NCBI GenBank assembly: GCA_026770705.1
Contig: JANJGN010000019.1
Span: 88,040,001-88,104,000 of the forward strand
Direction: 5' to 3'
Source: Isurus oxyrinchus
Taxonomy: Eukaryota
DNA: 64,000 bases
In this document: piece after piece, positions 11,521 to 24,968 of the stretch
How the letters are laid out: each line of letters starts with the position of its first letter
Numbering within the stretch: position 1 is the stretch's first letter
The notes under the pieces: model-generated
The model's input: the letters and a program-made list of their open reading frames with translations, nothing else
Told to the model about the DNA's origin: nothing
Database searches by the model: none
Position numbers and translations under genes: made by a program

Positions 11521-14500
11521 GCTCCCCATTCTCCTCAAGGAGTCAGCCAGGGGCCTAGGGGCGTCCATAGGGAGGAGGATCAGCAGGTCCACACCCCGGG
11601 GCCATCCACCCAGGTGACCCTAAGAGTGTCCAGCCCATCTGTATCCCCTCTTCCTGTGACCTCAGCAGCTCTGACTCCAGAGGTCGAGGAGGGTGCCACT
11701 GCCACACAGCAGGACCCCAAAAGCAGGCCTGGGCCTTCCTAGTGTTATCTCTCCAGAGGACACCCGCCAAGGTCATCACAGACAGGGCGTCGCAGTCAGC
11801 AGGCTGCCTCCACCTCCACTGTGGATGTCCGGGGAGCACCAAGACTTAGTAGCAGGGTTAGCAAAGTTAAGAAGAATTAGTTGCACAGCCTCACCATGGG
11901 TGCTAATCACTTGTACATATTGTTCACTATTGTCAATAAACTCCCAAGAATATCTCCCTGCCTATGGCTCCTTGTTCTGATGAGCAGTGTTCGTGTCACT
12001 CAGATGTGAAACCTTTCTGCACAAGGTAAGGGGATGTGTCTCAGTCCAGAGCCTCTTCCCTGTGCTTTGTGTGGCCGTCAGACACTCCCTAGAGACATTA
12101 CTGATGCTCGCACCTTGCCGGTGCTGTTCATTGCTGCCAGAATGTAGTGGGCAGGTGGAACAGAGTTCTCTCATTCTCCCTGTGTGCACTCAGCACCTTT
12201 AAGGTGGGGCTGGTCCCCATCTCTACAGAATCTGTGACCATTGATGCTGTGCTCCAGCTCCTGAAGGGCTCAGGTGTTGAAGGTTGTCAAAGGATCAGGT
12301 GCTTCTAAAGTTTCATGGCTGCGTCTCTATGATATGACCCTGATCACAGAGCGCAAGTGAGATGCCTTCGGCCAGACAGGAGTCAGACTTTCTCAGAGGT
12401 TATGTGAAGAACTATGGAGTGTCCTCAAAGTATGTCATCATCATCCTCCTGCAATCGAGCGACTATTAGGGCCTCCACTGCATCTCCATGACAGGAGCAT
12501 TCTCGTGGAGTGTATTGGTGCTGCAATAAGCCAGACTGGATTCAAACATTCACAGATGCAACGTGAGGATCACCTCACTGCATGTTGTCATCATCCTCCA
12601 CAAATCTAGCAGCCATGAGGGCCTCTTGAGCATGCTTGCCTTCTCTAGCCAGTGTGTGGGCTTCATCCCCATCCTCGTTGCCTCCGAGGGCCTCCTCACC
12701 TTCATCCCCATCCGCATCCTCTTCATCTGAGGACACCCCCAGCTCCTCCATCTCCTCCTCAGACAGCTCGTCTCCCCATTGCAAAGCCAGTTGCATAGGG
12801 CACAGCAGACAACAATGATGGGTGACACCCTCTGTGGGCTGTATTGCAGGCTCCACCAGACCCATCCAGGTACGGGAATCTCACCTTCAGCATCCCGATG
12901 GTCTGCTCCACCAAGTTGCAAGCTGCAGCATAAGCCTCAATTTACCATCACTCTGCTGCAGTCTGAGGCCGCCGCACGGGTGCCACCATCCACGGCCTCT
13001 GTGGGTAGCCCTTGTCCCTGAGGAGCCATCCCTGCAGCTTCTGTGGGCTCTGGAAGACTCCAGGGATCTGTGACTGACTGAGGATGTAGGCACCATGCAC
13101 ACTCCCTGGAAACCGTGCACACACCTGCAGGATGCGTTTCTGGTGGTCGCACACCAGCTGCACATTCAGTGAGTGGAAGTCCTTGTGGTTGATATAGTTC
13201 ACTGTGTGTTGTGATGGAGATCTGAGTGCCATGTGAATGCGGTCGATCACACTGTGAATGTGTGGGGAACCCGTGATCTGGGTGAATCCAATAGCTTTTG
13301 CATCCAGGTTGTCCCTGTCCCAGGCGAAATGCACAAAGTTGTTGCCCTCTCGAAGATGACAACCATGACCTCATGGAGGCATTGGTGTGTGGAGGCTTGT
13401 GAGATCCCACAGAGGTCCCCTGTGGAGCCCTGAACGAAGCCACTGGTGTAGACCCGTGGTCACTTTCACAGCCAAAGGCAGTGGATGCCCTCCATGTCCC
13501 CTGGGTGCCAAATCCTGCAGTAGCAGGCAGATGTGACTGACCAGTTCCCCAGACATGCGCAGTCTTCGGCTGCACTGGTTCTCGGTCATCTGCAGGAATG
13601 AACAGCAACATTGATAGACTCTGGGTGTCGCTAGGCGCTGATCAGTGACGGCTCAGTGTGGCTCTTCAGCGCTATGTGCAGGAGCCCCAGGCGCCCCTCT
13701 TTCCTGAGGTTCTTGCTCCGGCATCTGCACAGCCAGGAGCCTTAGTCGCTCTCTCCTCTGTCATCTTCGCACTCTGTAGGCCATCAGGCATACAAATAGT
13801 TCACCAGGCACAATGCTCCTGAAGTACTCCTTCTGCAGGATGAAAGAGAGAGACACATGGTTAGCATGGGTGTACTAAGAAACTGTCTTGGTTAAGTGTG
13901 ACAGCCCCTTAATGCATCCTTGAGAGTGCTGGCCACCACTTGAATGGCCAGAGATTAGTGCACTGCATGGCTGCCTGAAACCCCACCTTCCTCCGCCCCA
14001 CTCTACCCGATCAATTGGCAGCAGCTTTGCCCATTGGACTGCATGCTGTGCTCTCAGCTCAGGAGCAGGTATTCTCCTAACCCGCGCTGCAAGCCTGCAC
14101 TGTTAGCTTGAACCATGGGGGACCCTGGTCCAAACCAGGATGCTGAATTTGCAAGGGGCTGTGAGTGCCTCCAGCAGTGACTGCTCCATGGCCGGTTTTA
14201 ATGAGGAGATTGTATAACATGTGCAGTTGTCCAACTGTTCTGCCATCCACTAAAACGCTCATGACTTTGCAGTCTGTCGGGGGCAGTGGAAGTGGGGGGT
14301 GAAAAGCTTTCATGCCTCGGCGTTGCTTGAGTGGGCAGATGAGCTAGAAGCCCAACTCCAATCATAGCAATGTGGCTGCGCCTGAATTGCCTCAGTTGCA
14401 GAGGAAAGGTCACTTTATACAGGTTTCCCTAATGAGTGGCCACATTTCTCGCCCACCCTACTCCCATACCCCAAATGCTTGTGCACTATATTCAATGACA

Positions 14501-14731
14501 GGGCAGCCCTTGCACCCCCCAACCCCACCCCAATAGGTTGTCTTAATGGCAGGGCTGCCCTTAACACCCCCCCAACAAGTCGCCTCAGCTGCAAGGCAGC
14601 TCTTGCCCCAACACCCCCCCCGCCCCACTGACGAGTTGCCTTGACAGCTGGACTGCCTTTAACCCCGACCCCTCAATGCCCCTCAAGCTTGAAGTCCAAC
14701 AGGTGAGTGCTGCACAACATTACTGTGTACT

Positions 14732-15400
14732 AAAACAAAAACAGAATTACCTGGAAAAACTCAGCAGGTCTGGCAGCATCGGCGGAGAAGAAAAGAGTTG
14801 ACGTTTCGAGTCCTCATGACCCTTCAACAGAACTGAGTGAATCCAAGGAAGGGGTGAAATATAAGCTGGTTTAAGGTGTGTGGAGGGGGGGTTTGGATTG
14901 GGTGGGGGGAGAGAAGTGGAGGGGGTTGGTGTGGTTGTAGGGACAAACAAGCAGTGATAGAAGCAGATCATCAAAATATGTCACAGACAACAGAACAAAA
15001 GAACACATAGGTGTTAAAGTTGGTGATATTATCTAAACGAATGTGCTAATTAAGAATGGATGGTAGGGCATTCCAAGGTATAGCTCTAGTGGGGGTGGGG
15101 GGAGCATAAAGGATTTAAAAATATTTAAAAATAATGGAAATAGGTGGGAAAAGAAAAATCTATATAATTTATTGGAAAAAACAAAAGGAAGGGGGAAACA
15201 GAAAGGGGGTGGGGATGGAGGAGGGAGCTCAAGATCTAAAGTTGTTGAATTCAACATTCAGACCGGAAGGCTGTAATGTGCCTAGTCGGAAGATGAGGTG
15301 TTGTTCCTCCAGTTTGCGTTGGGCTTCACTGGAACAATGCAGCAAGCCAAGGACAGACCTGTGGGCAAGAGAGCAGGGTGGAGTGTTAAAATGGCAAGCG
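14732..15400 (-). mobile_element. 5'-truncated Penelope-like element inserted in the Harbinger intron, 15-bp TSD
   Basis: Matches the 3' end of the element at 41236-44097. TSD ACATTACT(G/A)TGTACT at 14717-14731 and 15401-15415. Confidence 0.9.
14796..14834 (-). ncRNA. Minimal type I hammerhead-like motif in the Penelope terminus
   Basis: AGTT-CTGTTGA-A-GGGTC-ATGAG-GACTC-GAAA-CG-TC-AACT: helix I, core (A6 replaced by U), helix II, palindromic ACGT helix III and a GUC site. Confidence 0.6.
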
Positions 15401-16219
15401 ACATTACTATGTACTCACCTCCATGTTCTCCTCAAAGTGCAGGCCGCCAAGTGCACGCCTTTTATGTGCTGTTGTGAAACACATCGACTTTCTCGCCGAA
15501 GTGGACCAGCAACCCAGCGGGGGTGGGGGTGGGGGTGACGGGGATGACTCCGGCGGGCTGGCCTAATAATGATATGCTGATGTATTACAATGAAGTTCCT
15601 GACGGCCGATGGCGGGAAATGCGGCTCACCGTCGGCGGGCTGAGCGGATGATCGCGAGCTCGTTTCATGACGTCCAAAAACCGATCACGCCATATTGTCC
15701 ACTCACATCACCGAACAAGCCCGATGCCGGCAGGCATGGAAAATTCCACCCTCTATGTTTAATAATAATAATTTAATAATTCACTTATAGTATTTATTGT
15801 AAAAAAAATGCACATATAGGTTTTACAACCAGTTGCGAAAATGCAGCAAAATATTTGTAGTTTCCATAAGTTCCCATTAATTTTGATGAGTTTTTGTAGT
15901 GGCAAGTGAGAGTGAATGGATTAGGACTGGTAGGTGGTCCACGGGGCAGTTTGCCCCATCTAAGTGGTCCGGGGATGAAAACGTTTGAGGTTTAGATGAT
16001 TAAGAGAGGCCACAAAATTGTCACCGTTAGCTCCAGCCTTGAAAAGGCACCTGCCAATGATCACTAAATTAGGGAGTGAGTCAAGTTGCGGGGAGTTATT
16101 CTTGTTAAAACTGAAGTTATTGCAGCCAATTGGATGAGGTAATATTTTGAAATGCTTGATCCCCGCGTAGCTAAAATGAAAGAATGATCTACAAAGAGTT
16201 GACACTTCAGAATTTCACA

Positions 16220-16319
16220 TCTGTTGAAGGGTCATGAGGACTCGAAACGTCAACTCTTTTCTTCTCCACCGATGCTGCCAGACCTGCTGAGTTTTTCCAG
16301 GTAATTCTGTTTTTGTTTT
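16220..16319 (+). mobile_element. 100-bp Penelope terminal fragment with hammerhead-like motif, 11-bp TSD
   Basis: TSD AGAATTTCACA at 16209-16219 and 16320-16330; motif at 16221-16255. Confidence 0.85.
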
Positions 16320-16419
16320 AGAATTTCACAAAGCTTGCCCAACTGGTCCCCTCTGGTTTAAAACTTGTGACATAGTGAATTGCCCTGTGCTTAGGATTGT
16401 GTCTCAAGTATAGTCTTTA

Positions 16420-16850
16420 GGATAATGAAAGAATTTGATAGGGTGGACATAGAGAGGATGTTTCCACTTGTGGGCAAGACCAGAACTAGGGACTGTAGAT
16501 ATAAGATGGTGACCAATAAATCCAATAAGAATTCAGGACAAACTTCTTTACCAAGAGAGTGGTCACAAAGTGGGATTTGCTCCCACAGGGAGCAGTTGAG
16601 GTGAATAACATGAATGCATTCACAGGGAAGCTGAATAAGCTGTCTTCCTCAAACAGTAGTGGAAACAGAGTCTTTGAATACTTTTAAGGCAGAGGGAGAT
16701 AGACTCTTTTTAAGCAAGGGGGTGAAAGGTTATCGGGAGTAGGTGGAAATGTGGAGTTGAGGTTACAATCAGATCAGCCATGATCTTATTGAATGTTGGA
16801 GCAGGCTCGAGAGGCGAGTGGCCTACTCTCCTAATTTGTATGTTCTAATA
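16420..16850 (+). mobile_element. CR1-type LINE 3' fragments (probably two nested)
   Basis: TTTGATAGGGTGGAC..GATGTTTCCACTTGTGGG..AACTTCTTTACC.AGAGAGTGGT plus a CR1 3'UTR hairpin region. Confidence 0.65.
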
Positions 16851-17513
16851 AACACATAAGGGAGAAAGGTCATCAATCTGAAATATGAGCTCTGTTTCTC
16901 TCTCTCCACAGATGCTGAGTATTTCCACATTTTTGTTTTTTATTTCAGATTTCTTGCATCTACAGTATTTCACTTCTGAAGAAGGACATATTGATGGGGT
17001 TAGAGGAAGAGGAATGAGAGGAAGCTGATGTGAAGCATGAACACTGGTGTGAACCTACAGGGCCAAGTAGCTTCTTTCTGTGCTGTTAATACATTTATGT
17101 GTGTAATTGGTGGCAATAATAGTTATCACTGTATGCTGTATTCCTATGAAAACCAATAAATACCTCGAACCCTAATACCTTGTGGAATAACATAATGTTA
17201 TATTCAAGAACATCCATTGCTGAATCCAGGAAAATGGATTGCTGATGTTAGCATTGTGATTGGAGACCAGTTGTCGCTCTACGTTGCACTATTTTCATGG
17301 AGTGTCAAGTTTAGCTCGCATTTTGTCCTGCTCTGCTGGCAGTTGATCACTAGGTGGAGTGTTGTAGTTGGATAAAGCAATTATGGGGTACCTTGCTTTC
17401 CTTTCAGCCCAATGATGTTAAAGAAAGGGTCTGAACTGGGAAGGGTGATGTGTTAATGTGTCTATTACAACTGATGAACAGTTTTCCTCCTTTCTTCCCT
17501 TTGACTCAACCAT

Positions 17514-18320
17514 GGGACTGAATTTTACAGTTTCCAGGGGACAGGTTTGCAGGCAAGGTGGGGGAGGGTGAAGGTAAAATTGGGTGACGTGCCATGGGTG
17601 CCTTTCCCAGTGCCTACTCACCAGCCCCAGTTGCAATTTTATCAGCAATGGGCCAAATGAAGTCCTTAAGCGGCCACTTGAGGGCCTCCTCCTGCCAGCT
17701 TGGCAAGTTTGACTGGGAATGGAAAAGAAAACTCAACTGTTATGGACAACCTGACAGAAACACTGATGAAAAATGGAAACAAACAGACGGTGGCTGTTCT
17801 GGCATCCTGGACATAAGTTATATGTGAGTGCTTGGCAAGTTTGACTGGGCAGGCTGGAGGCCAGTCAAGGGTGATGCTGCCTGCTTTATGGACCCCCTGT
17901 GCCCATCTGAGGCCCCCCCCCACCCCCCGCAAAGTTCTTCCTAACCTTGCGTATCCCTATCACCTTGCCCTGTCGACCTTGGCCCCTCACCTTGCCAGCC
18001 TGGCCCCTGACAGGCCATAGACTTACCTTATGCTTGGGCTCCATCGCCGCCCGCTTCCCTCCAGGACTGCTGTAGTCCCAGCAGTGACCATCACTCCTAA
18101 TGGCGCTGCTGGGACCAGAGCACTGCCGACCATTTGATTGGCTGGCAGCTCTCGGTGGCAGATGGCGGTGGAAGGCCCACCTCAAGCCAATTAACAGTCC
18201 AATGTCCATTAAACAGCTGTGAAGTGAGCCTGCAAACAGGGCCAGAGTCGCTCCTGACGTTTACACCCGAAGGCCCCATGATTTCTGGGCATACTACCTT
18301 GCCTGTACGGTTCATCCACT
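17514..18320. mobile_element. Harbinger-type MITE containing a templated insertion
   Basis: Left TIR GGGACTGAATTTTAC and a GC-rich interior typical of the other MITEs; right end degenerate. Confidence 0.55.
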
Positions 18321-19929
18321 TTACTCTGTGAATTTGTTCTTAATTTATGACCTGAACCCATTACAAAATTCTTTCCTGGAACAAGCAGTTTCCTGAGAAA
18401 TGTTTACATAGTGCTGGAAATCTTTTTGTTCACATGAGAACAATGGAACTTATTGTTCAGCAGGTAGGTGTGAGTTTATATCTTTTTGTCTATTTGAAGC
18501 TGATACATTGCATAATGGCATTATTTTAGATATATATGCACTCACATATAACTTATGTCCAGGATGCCGGAACAGCCACCGTCTGTTTGTTTCCATTTTT
18601 CATCAGTGTTTCTGTCAGGTTGTCCATAACAGTTGAGTTTTCTTTTCCATTCCCAGCAAAGCTTATGAGGTGTTTACTGTTGGAAAGAAGTTAATTGACT
18701 CACTGAACAGGAATTTCAATTGACTCCATTGATATTTCTGCTTTGAAGATCAGAATTTGTTCTGAGGTTTACTTATTCAATTCAGACTGCATCTTACTAA
18801 ACTCCGCTATGCTAACCTAACCTAACTTTAAATTCCTCAGTGTCATTCATGTGTGTATTTTTGTTGTTACCCCAGATCAAAGTTCTTAACTTCTATGCCA
18901 CTTATTTTCCACCCTTTGGCCCTCTTAGGATCTTTTCTCCTGTCTCCTCCCCTTCTTGTTACCGAGTGTTATGGACGGTGAGAGGTGTTGGGATAACTTT
19001 TCCCATCTTCCTCACCTCTCAGGTGAGCACAAGAAGTATTTTTGAGAGGGAGTGTTTTAACCCTTTTGAGTTCTATGACACTAAAGGACAGACAGGGACA
19101 AGTTTTCTTGTATGTTTAAGTCAAAATAAAGGATAAACGTTTATTTTCACAATGTCTAAAATGTAAACGCAACAAACACTCACTCACCAAACACACATGC
19201 ACAAGAAAATGTGATTTCTAGACATGTAACATGCACTTGGATTACTAACAGAGTAACAAGAAACAAGTCATTTTCAGTACTCTCATGAACGCCTGGGCTC
19301 TCAGCCAAGAATGCATAATGAGTCCTGGCTGAGAGCTCAGGAATCCATTAGACTGTTGAAACACTTGAGGCCCAGGGAAAATATTATTTGATTTACAGTT
19401 CTGGCTTTCTGATCTATGCTGTCAATTGCACAATATTCATTTACACAAGATAAAGAGGTTTCACACGCTTGCAGTTTCTGCCATTGGTATCTTAAAGGGT
19501 CTGCATGATTGGCACTTTATTGGGCTGCAGTGAAAGAACATTTTTAACATAGCAGAAATGAATGAATGAATGATTGGTTTTTTACACATATAGTGTATAG
19601 TGGGTCAATGGGCATGTAAGTGCCATAGCTTGGCATAAGGTGCATGAGGGGCTATGGGGGTGGTTGGGGGCATAGCTTGGCATTGGGGGCATGCGGTGGC
19701 CTTGATGGGGCATGGGGAGAGTGTGGGGGGTGAGGGGTGTGTGGATTGAGGGCTGAAGGGCCATTCTGTTTTTATTTTAACTGGGATGAAGTCCCACAGC
19801 ACTGAGGCGGACTATTTAAACAGCCCGCCTCCATACCCAGCAGTTCCTATGGCTGCCTCCAAGCCTTTTTACCAGGTTGGCTGACACAACATCGACTCCA
19901 ACTGGTCTATGCTCATTTTTTGCCAACCT

Positions 19930-20790
19930 TCTCGCACAGCTGGGGACCAACCTGTCCAGCTTCCTTTCCATTCTACTCACCCCATCCGAGCGGATCAACA
20001 GTCACCACCTATCACCACATTCCATCCATGCCTCTGCTATTCCACTGCCTTCCTGGTTTTCACCCATCTTGCATGAACTTCAGTTGATTGAAAATCCTGC
20101 CGCCTGTGTCCCACCACCCACCAAGCTCTTACTCACTCACCATTCATCTCTCCCTTTCCTGACCTATGTTAGCTCTCGACCCAGCATGGTAAATTTAAAA
20201 TGTTCCTCCTGTGTTGCAGTCCATTCATGGCCTTTGCTGGTCACTGTAAGCCATCCCATCCCTGAAACCCCTCCTCCTGAACTCCTCGTTCCTTGGATGT
20301 TGGCCTCTTCTGCATTTCCCACCTCATTTGCAGCTATGCCTTTTGCTGCATGGGCCCTACTCTCTAGAATTCCATCCCTTCGACCTCTCTCTCCTTTACA
20401 ACTTTTTTTTAATACAGCATTGTTAATGTTATAAAATGTCCCAAGGTGCCTCATGGGAGCAGTATAACACAAAATATGACACTGAGTCACATAAGGAGAT
20501 ATTAAGTCAGGTGAACAAAAGCTTGGTCAAAGAGATAGATTTTGAGGAGTGTCTGAAAGGAGCAAAGGAGGGTAGAGAGGCGGAGACATGTAGAAAGGTC
20601 TAGGCAGCTGAAAGCACGGTCACCAATGCAGGAACGCTTAAAATTGACCTTTAAACCCTTCATTCAAGCTCACCTCTTTTTAGCTATACATACCAATACC
20701 TCCTGCTCTGGCTTGGCATCCATTTGGTTCTCTCTTATGCCTCTGTGAAGCGCCTTGGGCTGTTTTTCTCTATATAAATGCAAGTTTCAC
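19930..20790 (+). mobile_element. Old L2-like LINE remnant with a nested opposite-strand fragment (~20410-20640)
   Basis: LHELQLIENPAACV-like remnant and tail TGTGAAGCGCCTTGGG..TATATAAATGCAAGT. Confidence 0.5.
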
Positions 20791-21384
20791 TGTTACATCA
20801 TTTTTATGAGCGTTCCTGTCAGAATTGGGAACATTTAATTGAGTTTTCGCTTCACTGTTGGATAGTTGACAACAACATTGAAATGTATTCTTCGTAGTCA
20901 ATGATTTCAGTTTGAACTTTTTGTGCAAATAGATTATTTATAAGTTGCTTTTTTAATCAAATAGACATTTACACTTACTCACTGAATTGATGATACAAAT
21001 AACTTCTTTGAAACTTATGCTTTGTGAGTAGAGTTTCTGTCAGTCTGTTTATTCTTCCTGTCTTTTACTGCTACATGTTTGATTGTGCTGAATACAGATT
21101 TATGCCAGATTTCTGATTGGAGAGACACTCAACAAAATCAGCTTCTCTTGAGAACAGAATTATTGCTAAATTAATGTAAGAAAGATACTTTAATTTAACT
21201 TGAATGTTATCATTAATTATAAATATTCTTAATATAGATTCATGTTGTTTCACTTCCCATTCTAATTCTCTCAATTCAAATTTAGATATTTATTTCATTA
21301 TTTCCAGTATGTTCAGACCCCAATTTTATTCACAATTTTTGGTGTTTCAAAATTGACAAACCCAATTTTTATGCCAGGAAGCTG

Positions 21385-22515
21385 AGAACATAGGAACAGG
21401 AGGTCATTCAGGCCCTCAGGTCAGTTCTGCCATTCAATTAGATCATGACTGAGTTGGATCTTAGCTCCATCCGCAGACTTGTTTCTGCAACATATCCCCA
21501 TGTTCCATAAAAATCCATCAATCTCAATTTAGAATTTTTCAATTGACTCCCAGCCTCTATAGCATTTGTGGGGGAGAGAGTGTTCCAGATTTCCACTACC
21601 CTTTGTGTGAAGCAATGCTTTATGACATCACCCCTGAATGGCCTGGCTCTTACTTCAAGGCTATGCCCCCTTGTTTTGGACTCTCCTATCAGAGGAAAGA
21701 GTTTCTCCCCATCTCCCCTATTTAGGATGGCCATTCAAATGGTTTTATACCGGACAGTCCAATATTCAGGTGTTCAATTTGATTCAGACGCATTATCTTC
21801 CAGTGTTCATGAAGTGTCTGTTGCCCCACCACCCCCACCAACCCCCGCCCCCCCCAACCTTCCCCCAGCTTCTAGGGAAGCATTTAAAGTCAAAATGATT
21901 GCCTATGGGCCACCAAATCAGCCCTGCAAAGATCCTTGGGCCTATTCAGGCCGGCAGTTGGGGAGGGGGAATGGGACACCTGCCTGTGTTCAGCGGGAGG
22001 GTAGTAACTTGCTATCCATGTGTATGTCCTTTATGATGGCTTGACTCTACATCGCCACATCATACAGGCATGCTGATGCACACAGCACACCGCTCTCGAC
22101 CAATTAGCTGCCATTAGGTCTGAAGAGAGAGTGTGAGAGACTCAACCCAGTGAGAACTGATTAAAAGCATCACCGGAATCTGTTAAACCTGCTTTAGCTC
22201 CTCAAAGGTTCATTATAAGCTGGAAATGTACAAGCTCACCAAGCTTAACTCATGCTAAAGACACTGAGTTCATTATGTGCACAATTTTATTTAAAAACGT
22301 ATGTTTGTGTACGTGCATGTGCTCGGAAGGGGTGTCCGGTATTCCTGAGCTCTGGTCGTGGCCACCCTATCCCCTATCAAATCCTTTAATTATGTTAAAT
22401 ACCTCAATTAGATCATTTCTTAATCTTCTATATTCAAGGAATACACACCCAGTCCATGAAAACAGTTCTCATAATTTAACCCTTTTAGCCCTGATATCAT
22501 GTTGGTGAGTCTGCC
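21385..22515 (-). mobile_element. CR1-type 3' fragment split by an ~640-bp insertion (~21722-22364)
   Basis: KLFPLIGESKTRGHSL..FTQRVVEIWNTL (21438-21734); CR1 sequence resumes at ~22365. Confidence 0.65.
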
Positions 22516-22529
22516 AGGTGATTTTCTCA

Positions 22530-22736
22530 ACATCTTTCAGCAGCAACCTCTGGATAGTGATCAGGAGCACAAACCTTGGCTGATGTTCCCTTATATAGCC
22601 CAGGGGAACTGAGCATCAGTGTTGCACATACATCCCCACCTCCACGCCCAGTGAATTCAATGTAGCCTGGGAATTGAACCTGGACCTTTTTGCTCAATGA
22701 GGTCTGGTTGTACAATGTTTTCACTAACTGAGCCAA
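22530..22736 (-). mobile_element. tRNA-derived SINE remnant
   Basis: Minus-strand A-box TGGCTCAGTTAG (~22735) and B-box GGTTCAATTCCC (~22680). Confidence 0.55.
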
Positions 22737-22969
22737 TAGAGAAATAGGATCAGTGTAACATTCCCTTTATCCAAGCATTTTTATGAACCAAATTAAATTG
22801 GACTGGCAGCAGTCAGGGGAGGGGGTGAGTGAACCCCCTCCCATTTCTCTGTTTCCACTACTACTCATAAAAGCTAACATTAAAATTTCTAAGTAAAATG
22901 GCTATACAAGTACAAATATAACAGTAAAATTGAAAAAGTTAATTGTTATAACAACACCTATAAGATGTG

Positions 22970-23105
22970 AAACAAAAACAGAAATTGCTTCTAGAAGAGG
23001 TATGAGGACTCAAAACGTTAACTCAGTTTTTCTCTCCACAGATGTTGTTAGACCTGCTGAGATTTTCCAGCATTTTCTATTTTTGTTTCAGGTTTCCAGA
23101 ATTTT
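22970..23105 (+). mobile_element. Short Penelope terminal fragment with a small inverted 5' piece, 14-bp TSD
   Basis: TSD ACCTATAAGATGTG at 22956-22969 and 23106-23119; degenerate hammerhead-like motif. Confidence 0.75.
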
Positions 23106-24712
23106 ACCTATAAGATGTGGTTACTGGAGCGGCCCATCGTTTAGCAACATGGTGTGCTTGTCTCCTTGTGAGAGTGGAATGAGTACCTTTGCTGAAATGT
23201 TACATTTCCATATTAATTGACGGGATCCATTGTGTTTCTCTGAGTTTGTCAGAACAACTGTTAACTGCCTCATAATGTGACTCATCTAATCATTTCCTTC
23301 ACATTCATAACCAAGCACTTGGAGATATTAATGTAAACCAGTCTGAATAATCCACACAGATGAAAGGTGTAATTTACAAGGTCCCACCTTCAGCTCTGAG
23401 CACAGTTCAGAGATATGACTTTAGCAATACAACAACTTGCCTTTATATAGCGCCTTTAATGCAGGAAAATGTCCTAAGGTGCTTCACAGAAATGACATAA
23501 GTAAACATTAAGTGAGGTGACCAAAAGCTTGGTCAAAGGTTTTAAAGAGCATCTTAAAGGAGGAGAGAGGTTTAGGGAGGGAATTACAGAGCTTAGAGTC
23601 TAGGAAACTGAAGGCATGGCCACCAATAGTCGGGTGAACAAAGTTGGGGGTGTGGAAACATTGGTCATTATAATAATGCTGTTTGCGGGAGCATGCTGTG
23701 CGCAAATTGACTGCCACATTTCCTACATTACAACAGTGACAAAAATCCAAAAGCACTTCATTGGCTGAAAAGTCCCCTGGGATGCCTTGAGGTTATGAAA
23801 GGTGCGATGGAAATTCAAGTCTTCCTTTTTTCTTTCTTAGTTACCTTGATCAATGCAGCATCCCTTGGTAACTCCATAGTTAGGAGTAAGAATTTGAAAA
23901 CCAGAGGAGGGCCCTGTTTTCAAATCCTCTGTTTTCATTTGGGGGAAGCTCTGACTAAGCCTATTGCTTGACGCACACCCTAAGTGCCTTTACTCCCACT
24001 GTAATTATGGGAAATTATTATGGTTTCTCCAAGTTGCTGATGTCACGGCTAAGCAAAAGTTCTATGCCGAAGCATCTATTTGGAGTTATACAGATTGTGT
24101 GGCTAAGCCTATTCCTTCACTGAGCTGTTACTGTCTCCTATTAGTATGTGGATTAATAGCCTGGAACAGATCTCAAAGGACGTAAAGAAACGAAAGAATG
24201 ACTTTGATGAACAGTCACTACACAGGCTCCTGAGCTGCCTCACCTCATGCAATTTGGTTGAAGGAAAATGGTTCCAATGGAATGACTCCAAAATCATTCA
24301 CAATTTATACAATTTTAGACATCCATTTAATTTTCTTACAGACCAGTCTAGACTAGAGGCTCCATGAGCACACTATCCTGAGCTCCATTTGGCAATTATA
24401 GAATGACACAGCACAGAAGGAGCCATTCTGGTCCACCATGCTTCTGGCTCTTTGAAAGAATTATACAATTAGGCACACATCCCCTGCTCTTTCCCCTATT
24501 GCCTCCTTTCCAAACATCTATTCAATTCCCTTTTGAAAATCTCTTTTACTATTGAGTCTGCTTTCACAACTCTTTCAGTGCGCTCCAGATCATAACAAAT
24601 TCATTGCATAAAAACAATTGTCCTCATCTCCCAACTCTGCTTTACATGATGAAATATTATTGTGAGAACAGAAAGCTGTAAGAAAGCAATCTCTTGGCCA
24701 AAACATTATGGT

Positions 24713-24968
24713 TGTAGGGAGTGGCTGTGTTGAACTATTAGTAATAGAGTTGGTCTGCAGATAATTTTCTAAGTAGAAACATTAAGTTTATTTGTGATAT
24801 ACTTAGCAGCAACTACATGTGTGCTCCCAACTCCAACTCTATCACTGTACTGTCTGCTGAGGTAGCCCATGCTATTCTCCTGTCGGTTACTACAGATCAT
24901 GTGATCTTTCTCAACAAGTATTATTCTTAAAGGTACACTACACACTAAATAAAACAATAATTACTACA
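24713..24968 (-). repeat. 3' LTR of the Gypsy element
   Basis: Aligns end to end with 28462-28717. Confidence 0.9.

Larger units (their letters stand above)
12575..15424 (-). pseudogene. Harbinger (HARBI1-like, DDE_Tnp_4) transposase pseudogene, two exons (15424-15419; 13832-~12575)
   Basis: VIDRIHMAL..YINHKDFHSLNVQLVCDH..VCARFPGSVHGAYIL..WLLRDKGYPQRPW (12948-13334), YSPQRVSPIIVVCCALCN, and an acidic C-terminus. ATG GAG|GTGAGT donor and branch-point/pyrimidine tract/CAG acceptor join in phase 0. Stops and frameshifts present. Confidence 0.85.
11550..15751 (-). mobile_element. Harbinger/PIF DNA transposon, left end truncated
   Basis: Transposase pseudogene inside and a right TIR GGAAAATTCCACCC ending at 15751. 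A + strand ORF tail ending ~11880 (..GAPRLSSRVSKVKKN*) may be the convergent second ORF. Confidence 0.75.

Noticed and set aside
12575-13611. Domesticated host HARBI1 gene
   Set aside because: Stops, frameshifts, an altered motif (SVHG for SVHD) and a nearby TIR indicate a dead transposon.
22660-22736. tRNA gene
   Set aside because: Only A/B boxes are present, with no convincing cloverleaf; it continues into a SINE body.
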